Positions 49,632 to 61,900 of a DNA stretch of 64,000 bases are shown here, one piece after another. The notes beneath the pieces are model-generated. The model was not told where the DNA came from, searched no databases, and saw only the letters and a program-made list of their open reading frames with translations. Every line of letters starts with the position of its first letter. Positions within the stretch are counted from its first letter, which is position 1. The position numbers were made by a program, and so were the translations under genes. This stretch comes from Macrostomum hystrix (lineage: Eukaryota > Animalia > Platyhelminthes): contig CATNEN010000011.1 of NCBI GenBank assembly GCA_950097015.1, positions 4,340,001-4,404,000 on the forward strand, read 5' to 3'.

Positions 49632-51894
49632 TTCCTCAGAGACACTGAAATATAAGAAAATTAATTAGCCTGTTAAAATAAGTCCCATAACAAAGTAAAC
49701 AAAATATTTGCATTACTCATTAGCTAAACATGAAATATATATAACAAATTCATTGCCCTTGGCCTAACTTTGAATTGTTTCTGCATACCAAAATTTGTTT
49801 TTATGCTATAATTGTAATAGGAAAATAGAGTTAGGACCTACATTCTATTATGGATATAGTTTGATAATTAATATATGTAATAATAAACAGATTAAACAAT
49901 TAAACAATTATACATAGCACTGAAGCCTCGTGTTTCAATATAATAGGTAGTAATGAGCAATCCAATATAATATAGCACCAAACATGTTATTGTGGATATA
50001 GATGCCACTAGAGGAATTCCTCCAGATGACTCTCAAAGAGATCTGGGTAGGTCCCATGCATCTGGCAAAACTTGGCCTTTACATGTGCCCAGGTTCATTC
50101 TATAGGTTTCATTTAGGCCCCCTTGAGGCTTCATTATCTAACTCTTTAATTTGGTGTCTATCCAGCACAACTTCTAGAACCAAAATATACTTTATAGTTT
50201 GCACAAGTTACATAAATAACTTATGAATTTAGTGTTGTCTCTGGCACAACTTCAGGAACCAAAGAAAGACTTTTAAAGTTGCTACTTTTCATCTAAGAGT
50301 CATTAGAATTATTTAAAAATGAAAAAATATTAATGCAAATGAAACTTCACAATTGCCTAAAGTAGATATGACATTTATATCAAGGATAGATTTAAAGAGG
50401 GAGATACAAATGGTATCATCTTCCTAGCTAAGTTTTAATATTTTATAAAAAAGTATTTAATGACAATATAATACATTATACTAAGACAAAGCATCATCAT
50501 AAATATAAACATTATAATTTATAATTTATTTCTAATTGAGAAACTTATGAATTATACTATAGGGCTTCTATCTACCAAAGAAATTTTTAGACCCCAAGAA
50601 AAATTTACTGGATCTACACCTATGTGACATTTATCATTTGCAATTTACATTATGTAATATAATATAGGCCTAGGTCTATCCAATTTCAGAATGTGAATTT
50701 CAATGTCCAAATCACCAAATGCATTTTCCCAGTAATAAGCAAGCTAAAATCACAAAATCAGGTTGTGCATTTGCATCATAGGTTCAATTCCAGGATGCAT
50801 AAGCTCTATTCCATAGTTGTATTAGTTGGCATATAAGCACTGAGCACTCTAGACTAATCACACAAAAAGCACTGACTGGCTGACAACTAGGCCTAATTAT
50901 TTAAAGACTGAGGCAAAACTTAGAACTTAGACTTAGAGACATAGGGCGAACCATTATGAAAAAAATCATTGGGGTCTAACGAATTATCGCATGTCACACA
51001 ATTCTTAGTACGCTGGACAGCCGGCGTTGACATTGACATGCACCTAGCTCTCACAGGTCATACAAAACTAAAAGCGACAACACAACATGGCAATTCAGGC
51101 AATAGAGCAAGTAGACTTTGAAAGTAGAATTTGGCTCGTGCAAAAGGAGGCCATCAAAGGACTCAAGGAGTCAGTGCCAGTAAACCGGTAGTAGGCATTA
51201 GCAAGCCATTGAGGTATTGTTATTGTTATTGGCATCTATCAAGGAAGGAATCAACTTATAGTTATAAATCAAGACTTCACTTGGTCTTGGTTGTGAAAGC
51301 GAAAACTTTTTTAAAAAGGGAAGAGGAACAAGTAACACGCGAATTAACAAACTCCTATCTACGTTTTCTAAATTGCAGTCGCTACAAATGGAAAAAAACT
51401 GTTCCAAAACAAAGCACGTTTTGTTCTTTGTAAAACCTTATAGCTTAAAAAAGCATTTAACAATTTGATTTATTGTCGCTATGTCAACCGAAAGTTCGTC
51501 ATTTTAAGCGTAACTTTTTGCCAAATAAATTGCTTAACTAAAATGTAACTATAAAATTATACGTCAAGCCAGAAGAATGAGAATACTTGTTCTGGAACTT
51601 TTTAGTGCAATGATTGTGTTCATTCATATCTAACTATGGCTTCAAATCATTTTCTGAACATAAAAAGAGCATTTCGAATTTTTTGACGTATCTGTGACCC
51701 TATTTGCCTAAATGTTATGCGAGAAAATGCATGTAGTGACTTTTAGGTACAAAATTTTGTTATAATTCATGCAACAATGTGGGAAATTATATGGTAACAA
51801 TGTGGTATTGCCATTGTACGTATACAGTACATGTTCCAGTAAGCTGTTTATGGTATGGTCCACCTGTTTTAACTTTCAAAGTACATGTACATGT

Positions 51895-52810
51895 AGTAGA
51901 CGTAGACACCGACATTGTATGCTCTGTAAGCACTACAAAGTAGATGGCATGCGTCTACTTTGGATACTCTGAAAGTCAATCAAGTAGACACCGACATTTA
52001 CTTTGTAAGTGCTACAAAGTATATGACATGCATCTACTTTGGATACTTTGAAAGTCAAACCAAGTATAGTATAGTAGACACACCGAAATTATATATTTTG
52101 TAAGTACTACAAAGTAGATGGCATGCGTCTACTTTGGATACTTTGAAAGTCAAACCAAGTATAGTATAGTAGACACACCGACATTGTATATTTTGTAAGT
52201 ACTACAAAGTAGATGGCATGCGTCTACTTTGGATACTTTGAAAGTCAACCAAGTATAGTATAGTAGACACCGACATTGTATACTTTGTAAGTACTACAAA
52301 GTAGATGGCATGCGTCTACTTTGGATACTTTGAAAGTCAACCAAGTAGACACCAACATTTACTTTGTAAGTACTACAAAGTATATGACATGCATCTACTT
52401 TGGATACTTTGAAAGTCAAACCAAGTATAGTATAGTAGACACACCGACATTGTATATTTTGTAAGTACTACAAAGTAGATGACATGCGTCTACTTTGGAT
52501 ACTTTGAAAGTCAACCAAGTATAGTATAGTAGACACCGACATTGTATACTTTGTAAGTACTACAAAGTAGATGGCATGCGTCTACTTTGGATACTTTGAA
52601 AGTCAACCAAGTAGACACCAACATTGTATACTTGGCAAGTAACTTTAAAAGTACGCATGGAAGTCTACTTTGTAAACTTTGCAAGTCAAAGTAAGTAGGG
52701 CAGAAACATTGCATACTTTATAAGTACTTGATTGCAACATGCTATGTACTTGGTAAACTTTATAAGTCAACTATGTCATGAAAGTACCATGATTGACTTA
52801 CAAAGTTTAG
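51895..52810. repeat. E4 right subterminal array (82/92-bp dyad-symmetric units)
   Basis: actttgtaagt-actacaaagtaga-tggcatgcg-tctactttgg-atactttgaaagt; optional 10-bp gtatagtata insert. Confidence 0.92.
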
Positions 52811-53386
52811 CATGTTTTTTTTTCTAGGGCTATGAGTTACAATTTATGCATAGATGAACAGCACAAAAATATACAAATGTGTGTAAGCGCATTTTACTCA
52901 TCACTGCTAAGTAATGTGATGTGACTTCAGTTATTTAATAAGTTGCATAACTGAAGTGACAGCTTTAAGTTGCATATCTTATAAAATACTTTCTCAACAA
53001 GATTAACATGTCAGAAAGGTACACTAAGAATTGCATTGATACATTTTTATTAGTATTTAAAAAAAATAAACTAAAAAATACAGATTTAAGTTAAAACGTA
53101 GAGGTTGACTTGCTTTTGCCTTACCTTGTAAAATGAAATAGTTTCCTTAAATATATTAGTTCTTTGGAAGCAAACTATGAGCCTGTAAGTACACTTATAT
53201 ACATGATATTAGTATTCATGGATTTTGATTGTAATAAAATCACAACTAAGAAAATGCATTCCAAAAAACTTTTGAAGAAATGTAGCATAGTCAACCACTA
53301 CTAAAAATTGGTAAATGCTACACTCCCTGAAGATCAGTCAATTAAAAAGGTTGTAGCATTTCACAAGAAGAAACATTAACCATAGT

Positions 53387-54638
53387 CTATGATACAAGTT
53401 CGTCCAAACTGCGCTTTTGCCTCCGTTGCCGTCCTCCTTCCCTGTCTGAAGCATTCTTAAGAGCAGCCATGATACAGTTAGTAACTTCTTGATCTGTTGC
53501 TAAAGGGAAGGCTTTGCGTGCAGCTTGACGAACAACATCTTCAAGGGGACCCAAAAACCGACGTTTCTTATCTTTACCATGGCGATTGAATTGACATTGT
53601 AAGTCATTGGTCATCAAAGCAGAAATAGCTCCTTTAATAAAATTGCGAATGCTTTCACCACCAATAAGTGCAATTCTGTTGACAACCTTTTCTTGGTATG
53701 ATGCATCCTTCAGCTGGTCAATAAAACTGTCAAGACTTGGAACTGTCTTCTTTGGTGAAAAATCCATGCTATTGACTGCAGTCCTCGGCACAGAGTTAGA
53801 AGAAAAGCCTACAATTGAATTTTGGATGGCAACCAGGCGCTTGTAGCTCAATGCAGCAATATAGTATGCACCTTCAGCAGTAAAGGGCTCAAGGCCCTTT
53901 CTTCTGACTAAAGAATGAATTGGTTGGAGCTCTTCTTCACTAAGAGCTTGAAGCTCCTTTCTTGGCCTCTTGGGAACATAGCTTGCACTTGGAGAAGGCA
54001 TATCAATAATGGCAGTGCTCAACATAGGTGAGCTCAATGATTGGTATATATTTGCTTCTTGGCTTATGGACACTGATGACAGTTGCAGATGATGATTTAG
54101 TAGCAACTAAAGTAGGTTTAGAAAAAGTTGTAGGTTCAGAATTAGTAGGTTCAGAAAAAGTAATTGGAGTTGGAGGCAAAGTTGGCCTTGAAATAGGAAC
54201 ATGTTGTGTTGATAGATTATTTATTCCTGACTCACTATCACCATCCTCACTTGACTCAATTTCAGTTGTTTCATCTGCAGCAGAGTGGTACACATTCTCA
54301 CATGGCAATTGAATTCTTTTACCAGTACTAAAACGTGGAATACGCATTAGAATTTGTTGGATTGGAACATTTCTCCTTTTTACAGTAGTACAATGCTTGA
54401 ATGAAGCTTCTAGGGTCTCTTGACAAGTACCAAGTTGTACAACAATAGCTTTCAAAATAGATGAATCCCACTCAGTATCAAGAATAAGCTTTGCTGATGG
54501 ATCTCGAAGCAGTTGCTTAAACTTTTCTTCATTCCAATTTGTGTCTTTAAGGTTGTAAATACCAAAAGGTTGAAACTGACTCTCTTTATCAGATGGAAAA
54601 TAGAAGAGGCCAAACTTTACTTCACCATATTGCAACAT
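53387..54638 (-). pseudogene. E3 accessory DUF4806-type (BEN-like) gene with one frameshift near 54100
   Basis: C-terminal ...IGGESIRNFIKGAISALMTNDL...FN.HG...K..F...L..VV....A....I...LKNASDREGGRQRR is the DUF4806 pattern. N-terminus KFGLFYFPSDKE. Confidence 0.75.
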
Positions 54639-56178
54639 GACAACCTGCAATATGGAAACAATAGTTCATGAATATGATAAAATTATCAGATTTAAAAGTA
54701 GAACATAATTGTGTAGGTAGAAGCCAATAATAATTAAGACATTAATATGTATTACCAAATAGCACAGTTTTTAGACAGAAGTAAATCTATTAAAATGAAT
54801 ACTTCAAATGCATATTTTTAGTTCACATATCAATTATATACGAGCGTATAATAGTTTATATGACCAGCCGTCAAGAAGTAGACACATTATAGAAGTTGTT
54901 ATAACCAGAATTTTATCCAAATGCAAGAACTTCATGCGAGAATTTTTCAAGGCTTTGATGTTGCAATGCCTAATAGTATTATAGAATATAGTTTTGCCTA
55001 GACCAGTCTAGGGATTTAAGACTTTGCTATAGTGCAAGATTTGGACTAGGACCTATAAAGAAACTTGAATCTCCATTGCAACCAGGCATGCATTAAATAA
55101 CCATACATATAAAGCATAGTAAGCTACAAATAAAAACTAGGAACATGCTAGACTTCCACATCTGGCAAAACAGCACTCAGCATAGGCCCTATAACCATAA
55201 AAAAATGTGTAAACCATAATTCAATTAAGATGCTATGCTACAATCAGAAACCAAGAATAATAGAACCTCCAACAGCAGAAAGTATCAAATCGGCCAAATC
55301 GCATATGGCATAAGCTAGGGCCTAGGCCTTACCGCCTTACTAATTCCGTACAAAAGTAGATTGCTGAGACTTAGTAAGCTATTGTATTAACAGCCCAGTA
55401 AATAGTTCCACATAACACTCCATATCTTCAAAAGTTTAGTTTCACCCACCCTCAAGTCTTTCAAAAACGGTAGTACCACACGCTGTTTAAGGTAATAAAC
55501 TGGTAAAATAAAATGCAAAAATGCAGACAAAACGAACTCATGTATACGTTAATGACACGCGCAGACGCGAAAAGTCATTTAAAAATATACATTTTACACG
55601 ATTAAAAGTATCCAAATTTAATTTACATCAACAGAAAAGTAAAATGACTTAATACAAGATCAATCGATTATCAGTTCTCGCAAAATTAATTTTAAGCAAT
55701 TTTATTTTGTTAGTTTCGTTAGCTGCGGCAATCGGGCTAAAAGTAGCGGGACTGCCGCCACGGACTGCTACGCTCGCTGACAATAGTAGTAGTCAGCTAT
55801 CGCCGCAGTTTTGCCGAAAAAATTATTATTGATTTATTGGCTTAGAACGATCATAAATGCATCGATCATTTGTTCTTGAAGCTTAAATCGATTTTAAATT
55901 GCGATTTTGCAAGGTTAAAATTGAAATCGCAGAAGCAGCGACGGTAGCATTCGGCCCGCTGTCGGGCCGCCGAAACTTTTCCCAGCGGGTGTTTCTTTCC
56001 TGTCTTCGGCTTCGTGACTTCCGATGCTGCTTCCTCAGATGCTGTTTCTTCGGACTCGGACTCCTCAGGCTCGGACTCTTCAGATGCTGCTTCAGCCGTT
56101 GTCGCTAGTGTTGACACTGGTGCTGACATCTCAGCTGCTGATTCTGACACAACTGGAGTATTGACACTAACTAGTGCT

Positions 56179-56311
56179 GACGCATTTCTAGCATAGGGTG
56201 CAGACGCATTTCTAGCATAGGGTGCAGACGCATTTCTATCATAGGGTGCAGACGTATTTCTAGCATAGGGTGCAGACGCATTTCTAGCATAGGGTGCAGA
56301 CGCATTTCTAG
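56179..56311 (-). repeat. 24-bp coding tandem repeat (about 5.5 copies, RNASAPYA) in the G1 gag-protease linker
   Basis: gacgcatttctagcatagggtgca repeated. Confidence 0.85.
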
Positions 56312-56420
56312 ACTTATGCAAACGCGAATTATAAAAGTTTTGAGTATGAACATTGGGGCATTGTCTAGCTGAGGCTTGATATTCGTACATGGTTTTCCTA
56401 GAGGGGCGGGGCCTCGAATC

Positions 56421-57326
56421 TCAGTTTCCCTGATTTTTAGCCGGGTACTGACTCTGTTGACCAAACTTCGGCTTGTAGGGTCGGTAATTGCCATGCTGTT
56501 GCTTATGGCCCTGATACGGATTCTGCGGCTTATGATAAGGCTGCTGAAAACGCACTTGATGCTGCATTAGCGGCTGAGGCTGCGGATGCTGCTTCTGGGC
56601 TTCCACCATTCTCTTCTCCTGAATCAGGTTCTGATTTAGTCTTTTCTGCTTCTCTAGATCTTGTCTCTGCTGTTTAATCACTTCTTCTAACTTACTCTTC
56701 TGTTCCTCACTGTCTTCATCCTTCATCATTCTAACTCCATTCTTGTGCGACATGTTCCAGGCTGCCTCAATTCTTCTTAGCATTCGCCTCGCCTCTTGCA
56801 GGCTGGCTGGCTGAGCAAAAATAAGCTTTTCCCTTGTGTCAGAGGGAATCCTAGCTCCTTTAATAAATTGTTCTACCACTTCTTCTTCTCTTTGCTCAGC
56901 GTTCATGTTCGGGAACGCTCTTGCTGATAATTCTATTAGCGCGTCGGCATACGAGTCGGTTGGCTCATTCTTGCCCTGATGCCTACCTCTGAACTCATCT
57001 CTGAACTCAGCAGAGCTGCCTAGTCTACCAAAACGTTCAATCAGCCTATCCTTAAATTCCTCATAAGTTAACTCTTCAGGCAGATTGAGTCTTTGAACAG
57101 CTGCAAACGCAGTTGATAAATCTAAATTGGCTAAAAGTTCTCTCTTCCTGTGGTCATCCTGCTCTAGACCTTCGGTATCACACCTCTGGTCGAACGCGGT
57201 TAACCAGATCCTAATGTCTTGGCTAGGAGTATATTTTTGTATCTTAATATGTCTCATTGGCCCTAACTCTAATCTGTTCCTTAATTCTTCTGCTAACAAT
57301 CCAATAGCATCATTGATTCCGGCCAT
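56421..57326 (-). CDS. gag: G1 Gag (capsid-like)
   Basis: WL..FD.RC...L...Y.E.K..L.ERF....S.EFRDEF..R.Q...E..D.Y...L.EL..RAFP...V.EQFIKG retrotransposon capsid pattern, with a Gln-rich tail. Confidence 0.85.
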   Translation of the reverse strand: MAGINDAIGLLAEELRNRLELGPMRHIKIQKYTPSQDIRIWLTAFDQRCDTEGLEQDDHRKRELLANLDLSTAFAAVQRLNLPEELTYEEFKDRLIERFGRLGSSAEFRDEFRGRHQGKNEPTDSYADALIELSARAFPNMNAEQREEEVVEQFIKGARIPSDTREKLIFAQPASLQEARRMLRRIEAAWNMSHKNGVRMMKDEDSEEQKSKLEEVIKQQRQDLEKQKRLNQNLIQEKRMVEAQKQHPQPQPLMQHQVRFQQPYHKPQNPYQGHKQQHGNYRPYKPKFGQQSQYPAKNQGN

Positions 57327-57382
57327 GACTGTTTGATAAGTGTGTTGAACTAGATTTTAATCCTTTTCCGCTGCCACCAAGT

Positions 57383-57964
57383 TGTCGTAGGCCCTCTCTC
57401 TTTACTTTTATTTCCTATCTGCAAAAACTGTACTTATTATAAATTTAGCTTTTCTTACTATTATTTATCTCTGCCTTCACTATATAATATGGTTATTCTA
57501 TAGCTATCTAACTCAGAACGATATTATTATCTACCTATGATAGCGATTTTGTGTCCGAGCGGCAAGACACCTTATAATACTGCACTGATTTTAACCAACC
57601 CTATTGAGCATCCAATGGATTAAAGTTGTCTAATTCAACACGAATATTATTATTATATCTATAACCTTCCCTATTCAGAACGTTTTTCCTTATATTATTC
57701 TAAAGCAATAATTAACACAAGAACAACTCCAATTTATTTCACTCAGTTCTCTCTTCCTAAGATCTATTTCCCTAGTCTCCTCTTTTGTATTTCGGGACAA
57801 AAACGTCAAGTCACTTTAGGCAAAAATCGCATGATATATATAGTATTTTGGGCGGGGGTTGGTAAGCGCGTTTAAACAACTGAAATTGTTTGCAAAATAA
57901 TGTTGGACAATTTGGCGTAAATTCAACTTTAGGTTTTACGGGAATATTTCATGGGCCTGCCTCA
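57383..57964 (-). repeat. G1 5' LTR
   Basis: Followed on the minus strand by the PBS and gag. Confidence 0.95.
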
Positions 57965-58320
57965 CTTAAATCACTGAAACAAAGAACAAGAAGCAATGTT
58001 ACTGTGAAACAATATTTAAGGGATTCGTACATTGGTGAAGACGTCTTTTTGGTACGAATATTTTTGTCAGAGTATAGATTATACTTACAGTAAATTCGAC
58101 TCAGTTATATAACAGCATTAATAGTACACTAAAAAGAAGTAATTTAATAGATAACCCGGGAAAAAAAAACATTGTAAACTTTTAAAGTACTTGAAAAGTC
58201 GACATTGAAAAAGAATGGCAAGTATCAGTACTCATACTTTCCAAGTTTACAATGTTGTCGATCGTGGTAACTTTTGAAGTCATAAGAAATATTAGAAATA
58301 GGAATGAATGTTTCTTTCTC

Positions 58321-58957
58321 AGACTTTAAAAGTATGCTCTGCATGTATCCAAGTAACAGTGCTGACTTTCAAAGTATGCTCTACATGTATCCAAGTAACA
58401 GTGCTGACTTTCAAAGTATGCTCTACATGTATCCAAGTAACAGTGCTGACTTTCAAAGTATGCTCTACATGTATCCAAGTAACAGTGCTGACTTTCAAAG
58501 TATGCTCTACATGTATCCAAGTAACAGTGCTGACTTTCAAAGTATGCTCTACATGTATCCAAGTAACAGTGCTGACTTTCAAAGTATGCTCTACATGTAT
58601 CCAAGTAACAGTGCTGACTTTCAAAGTATGCTCTACATGTATCCAAGTAACAGTGCTGACTTTCAAAGTATGCTCTACATGTATCCAAGTAACAGTGCTG
58701 ACTTTCAAAGTATGCTCTACATGTATCTAAGTAACAGTGCTGACTTTCAAAGTATGCTCTACATGTATCCAAGTAACAGTGCTTACTTTCAAAGTATGCT
58801 CTACATGTATCCAAGTAACAGTGCTGACTTTCAAAGTATGCTCTACATGTATCCAAGTAACAGTGCTGACTTTCAAAGTATGCTCTACATGTATCCAAGT
58901 AACAGTGCTGACTTTCAAAGTATGCTCTACATGTATCCAAGTAACAGTGCTGACTTT
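58321..58957. repeat. E5 left subterminal array, 42-bp unit, about 15 near-identical copies
   Basis: actttcaaagtatgctctacatgtatccaagtaacagtgctg. Confidence 0.95.
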
Positions 58958-58960
58958 TAC

Positions 58961-61900
58961 TACACTATGTAATGAGAAAAACAAAAAAGCAAAGGACACA
59001 AAAAAGCAACATGCATTAGAAAAGCTGAATTATTGAAAATGAAATGCTTTATTCCTACATACAAAACAAAGTTAATTAATCAAGCTTTATTAAAGAGTAC
59101 ACATTCTGCATGAATGCACTTTATATTGACATTTTTGTGAGAAACAAGGTTGAATTAAAAATACTATTACATTAATGCAAATTTTAAATGAGCAAAGAAC
59201 TTAGTAAAATGGTCATGAGAGGATGTCAAGAGGCTATAGCTATTGCATTGAAGAGTATAATTGAAAAGTAAATTTGAAACACATTTCATAGATTCTATAT
59301 ATTAGATGGCACTTATTAGAAGTCAATGACATTTTTTATTTTAAAGTGCTTTAAAATAATGATTTTATTGAAAATTGATATTTTGCATTGCAGTTTCGCT
59401 ATGGATATAAGACAAAAGCATAGTTGCAACTTTTAAATTGAAAAAAATGAATAGCGCAAGTTCTATTGAAAACAAAATAGCATAAAAACTGCTGCACATG
59501 GCAGCATGGGATAAACCATTCCAACAAGCACTTAACTTGAAGAGCATTGCAAATAAAAATGGAAAAAATGAATAAAAATGTATTTGTTTAGCAAATGTGC
59601 ACAATATGCACTAAATATGCACAATAATCTATAGACAAACCCAATCCCTACAACTAAGCATATGTAAATATGCACAGCAATATAGATTGAGTCTATCATA
59701 TTGCTATTATGGCATACATTTTTATAATAGACCAGAGTCTAGTGCAACAAAACATGCTTCAATATCAAGTCTGTGCACTTCATAAAATGTTATAATGTTA
59801 TAATGAAAAATGTTATAATTCAAAGACAGCTTCAAGTATGATAAAACATTTTATATAGGCCATAGTGATTAAAAGTCTTGAAGAATCAGCAGTTGTTGAA
59901 AATGTAGACAATGCTAGACAATTAGCCAATGCTTGGAATTTGGAAGTCATCCTTCCTAGAACGAATTCCTCGTCGTAGATCATTGCCTAGCTGCACGTAT
60001 AGAGCAAGAAAGAGATTAAAAAAATCTAATCGTGCTCAAAATTATTAATGACGGGAACAGCGAAAATATGTCTCCGAGAACGAGAACGGCACACAGCAAT
60101 GAAATGTGTCACAGCACATTCAGACTTAACAGCAATAGCGCAGCCGCCAAAAAGTGAAAAAAATTGCAAATGCTTTTCAAGCAGAGGCATTGCATTGCGA
60201 TGCAGCATGTCGAGAGAAGCGAATTTGCCTCGCAAAATGAGATCCCTACGATAATAAAATAGGTGGCAGAGAAAGAAGAAAGTGCAACCACGGCGTACTA
60301 TCTCATTAATGCGCAAAAAGTAAAATTCACCTGCGATTTTACAGACAGCCAGGTGTGACACAGTTCTTCGATCCTTGTCGGCGGCTGCAGTTGTGAAAAC
60401 GTTCCCATTCACACAAAGACTGCGAATTCCTCCAAGCTGTATAGAATCCCGAGAAGGCTGAAGGGGTTGAGCATCCGCTCCGGCACCAGATCTGGCGACA
60501 TCATCAGAAAGTTTTCTTCTGATGAATTTTTTGATGAGCATAGTCGCTTCGTTGCCAGTACCACGAACTTGTGACATAAGTTGACCGAAAAAACTTTCAA
60601 ACAGGGCTGCTGAAGTCGCCCAAAGTGGTCCATAGAGCGATACCTGGTCTGCCAGATGCGAAAGAGCGTGCACAGTCATAGTACATGAAGCTGTGCCAAA
60701 CCAAGATCGGAGATTATATTGAAAACATTGAATTAGCAGTTTTACATCCGATAGGTGCGAATTCGGAATGCATGCGCCGGACAAAACATATACTGAAGTT
60801 GAAATGAGAGCTAGTAAGAAAGCAAACTTGCTGCAGCTTGCTTTCATCACCAGCAGGGGAACAATGAAGTAGAGCAGAGCGCTTTTTAGTTCATTTGCTT
60901 TCCATCTTTTCAGAACGTCTAGGCGTCTGGGCTGGCGAGTAAACTGTCGCGGCATCCTAATGTTTATCAGAGCATCTGAGATGTCGATGGGATCGAAAAG
61001 CTTATGCTTCTCTCCAAATACCAGCATCTTCCTAGTAACATTGAGATATGCCAGGTGCATTATGTCCAGTGGCGCTCCAGTCGGCACAGGAACGAATTTT
61101 CTTAGAAGCGTCAGCCCCTTCACACCGAATACTGGCTTGCGAGGAGTAGCAGCATGAGCATGGATACGATGGATCCTACTTGATCGAAGAGTACCACACT
61201 GTGCTTCGGGTGGATACGTCATTTTTTTATAAGCTTGATTATATTGGCCTTCGACAGGACAAATTGTGCAACCTGTTCGCGAGTTAAATTGCTGCATATT
61301 CAAGAAATCTGCTTTTGCCGGAAAGTCAGCAATGAATGCCAGAAACGACAGCCTTACATTCACAGTGTCAAGCTGAATGCTAAAGTCGCCTAAGTGGGTT
61401 TTGACAACTTCTAGAAATTTCTGGGCATCCGGCTTAGTTTCACCATAATAGACAGCCAGTAGAATGATATTTTCAAATCGTCTTCTTTCTCTCGGTTCGA
61501 GATTCACAACAGCAAGAGACATTGGCCATAGATGAAATCCCTTCGAAATCTGTCGCGTTGCAACGCCATCAACGTTGAGAAGCAAATAAAGCCACTTAGC
61601 TGAAGTGGTATTTTGCTTGAGAGAAAACATGCTTCCTGAAGTGATGTCGTAATAATTGCCATCATTGTGCACAATCGGAGGCTCCAAGACTGTTGGATGC
61701 TTGTCAATCAGATTTTGCAGTTGTGAAGCCAAATCAAGTAGATAGCAGACACCTCCCACAAGCTGAACCTCACTAACATTACGAATTTCAAGTGTGCTGT
61801 CTGAATTAATTTCGTACATAGTTGGGCAGCGATTAGGCCTTGGGAGGATTTGTGCAATTAAAGTCAACATGGAGCTTGTACCAGCATCAGAAATACAGTG

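Larger units (their letters stand above)
43669..52829 (-). mobile_element. CMC/EnSpm element E4, apparently complete two-gene element (about 8.4 kb without its MITE and SINE)
   Basis: TIR ccctagaaaaaaaaaca(a/t)gctaaactttgtaagt at both ends; 2-bp TSD CT; arrays at both ends; open transposase and BEN ORFs. Confidence 0.93.
35916..55989 (-). mobile_element. CMC/EnSpm element E3 (about 6.1 kb after removing nested inserts), inserted in the G1 gag-protease region
   Basis: TIR cccgctgggaaaaa...ggcggcccgacagcg at both ends; 2-bp TSD TG; removal restores ...GKKHFKPFIIQSK...ILDTGA in frame. Confidence 0.92.
25570..57964 (-). mobile_element. Gypsy/Ty3 LTR retrotransposon G1 (about 7.8 kb after removing nested inserts)
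   Basis: 582-bp LTRs TG...CA at 25570-26151 and 57383-57964; 4-bp TSD ctta; PBS tggtggcagcgg at 57368-57379; PPT aagggaag next to 26152; gag, PR, RT, RH, IN in order. Confidence 0.93.

Noticed and set aside
58304-59036. Repetitive ORFs and CRISPR-like look of the 42-bp array (also 43774-44381, 34383-34649, 25169-25577)
   Set aside because: Units are contiguous and near-identical with no unique spacers and no cas genes; the ORFs are by-products of unit lengths divisible by three.
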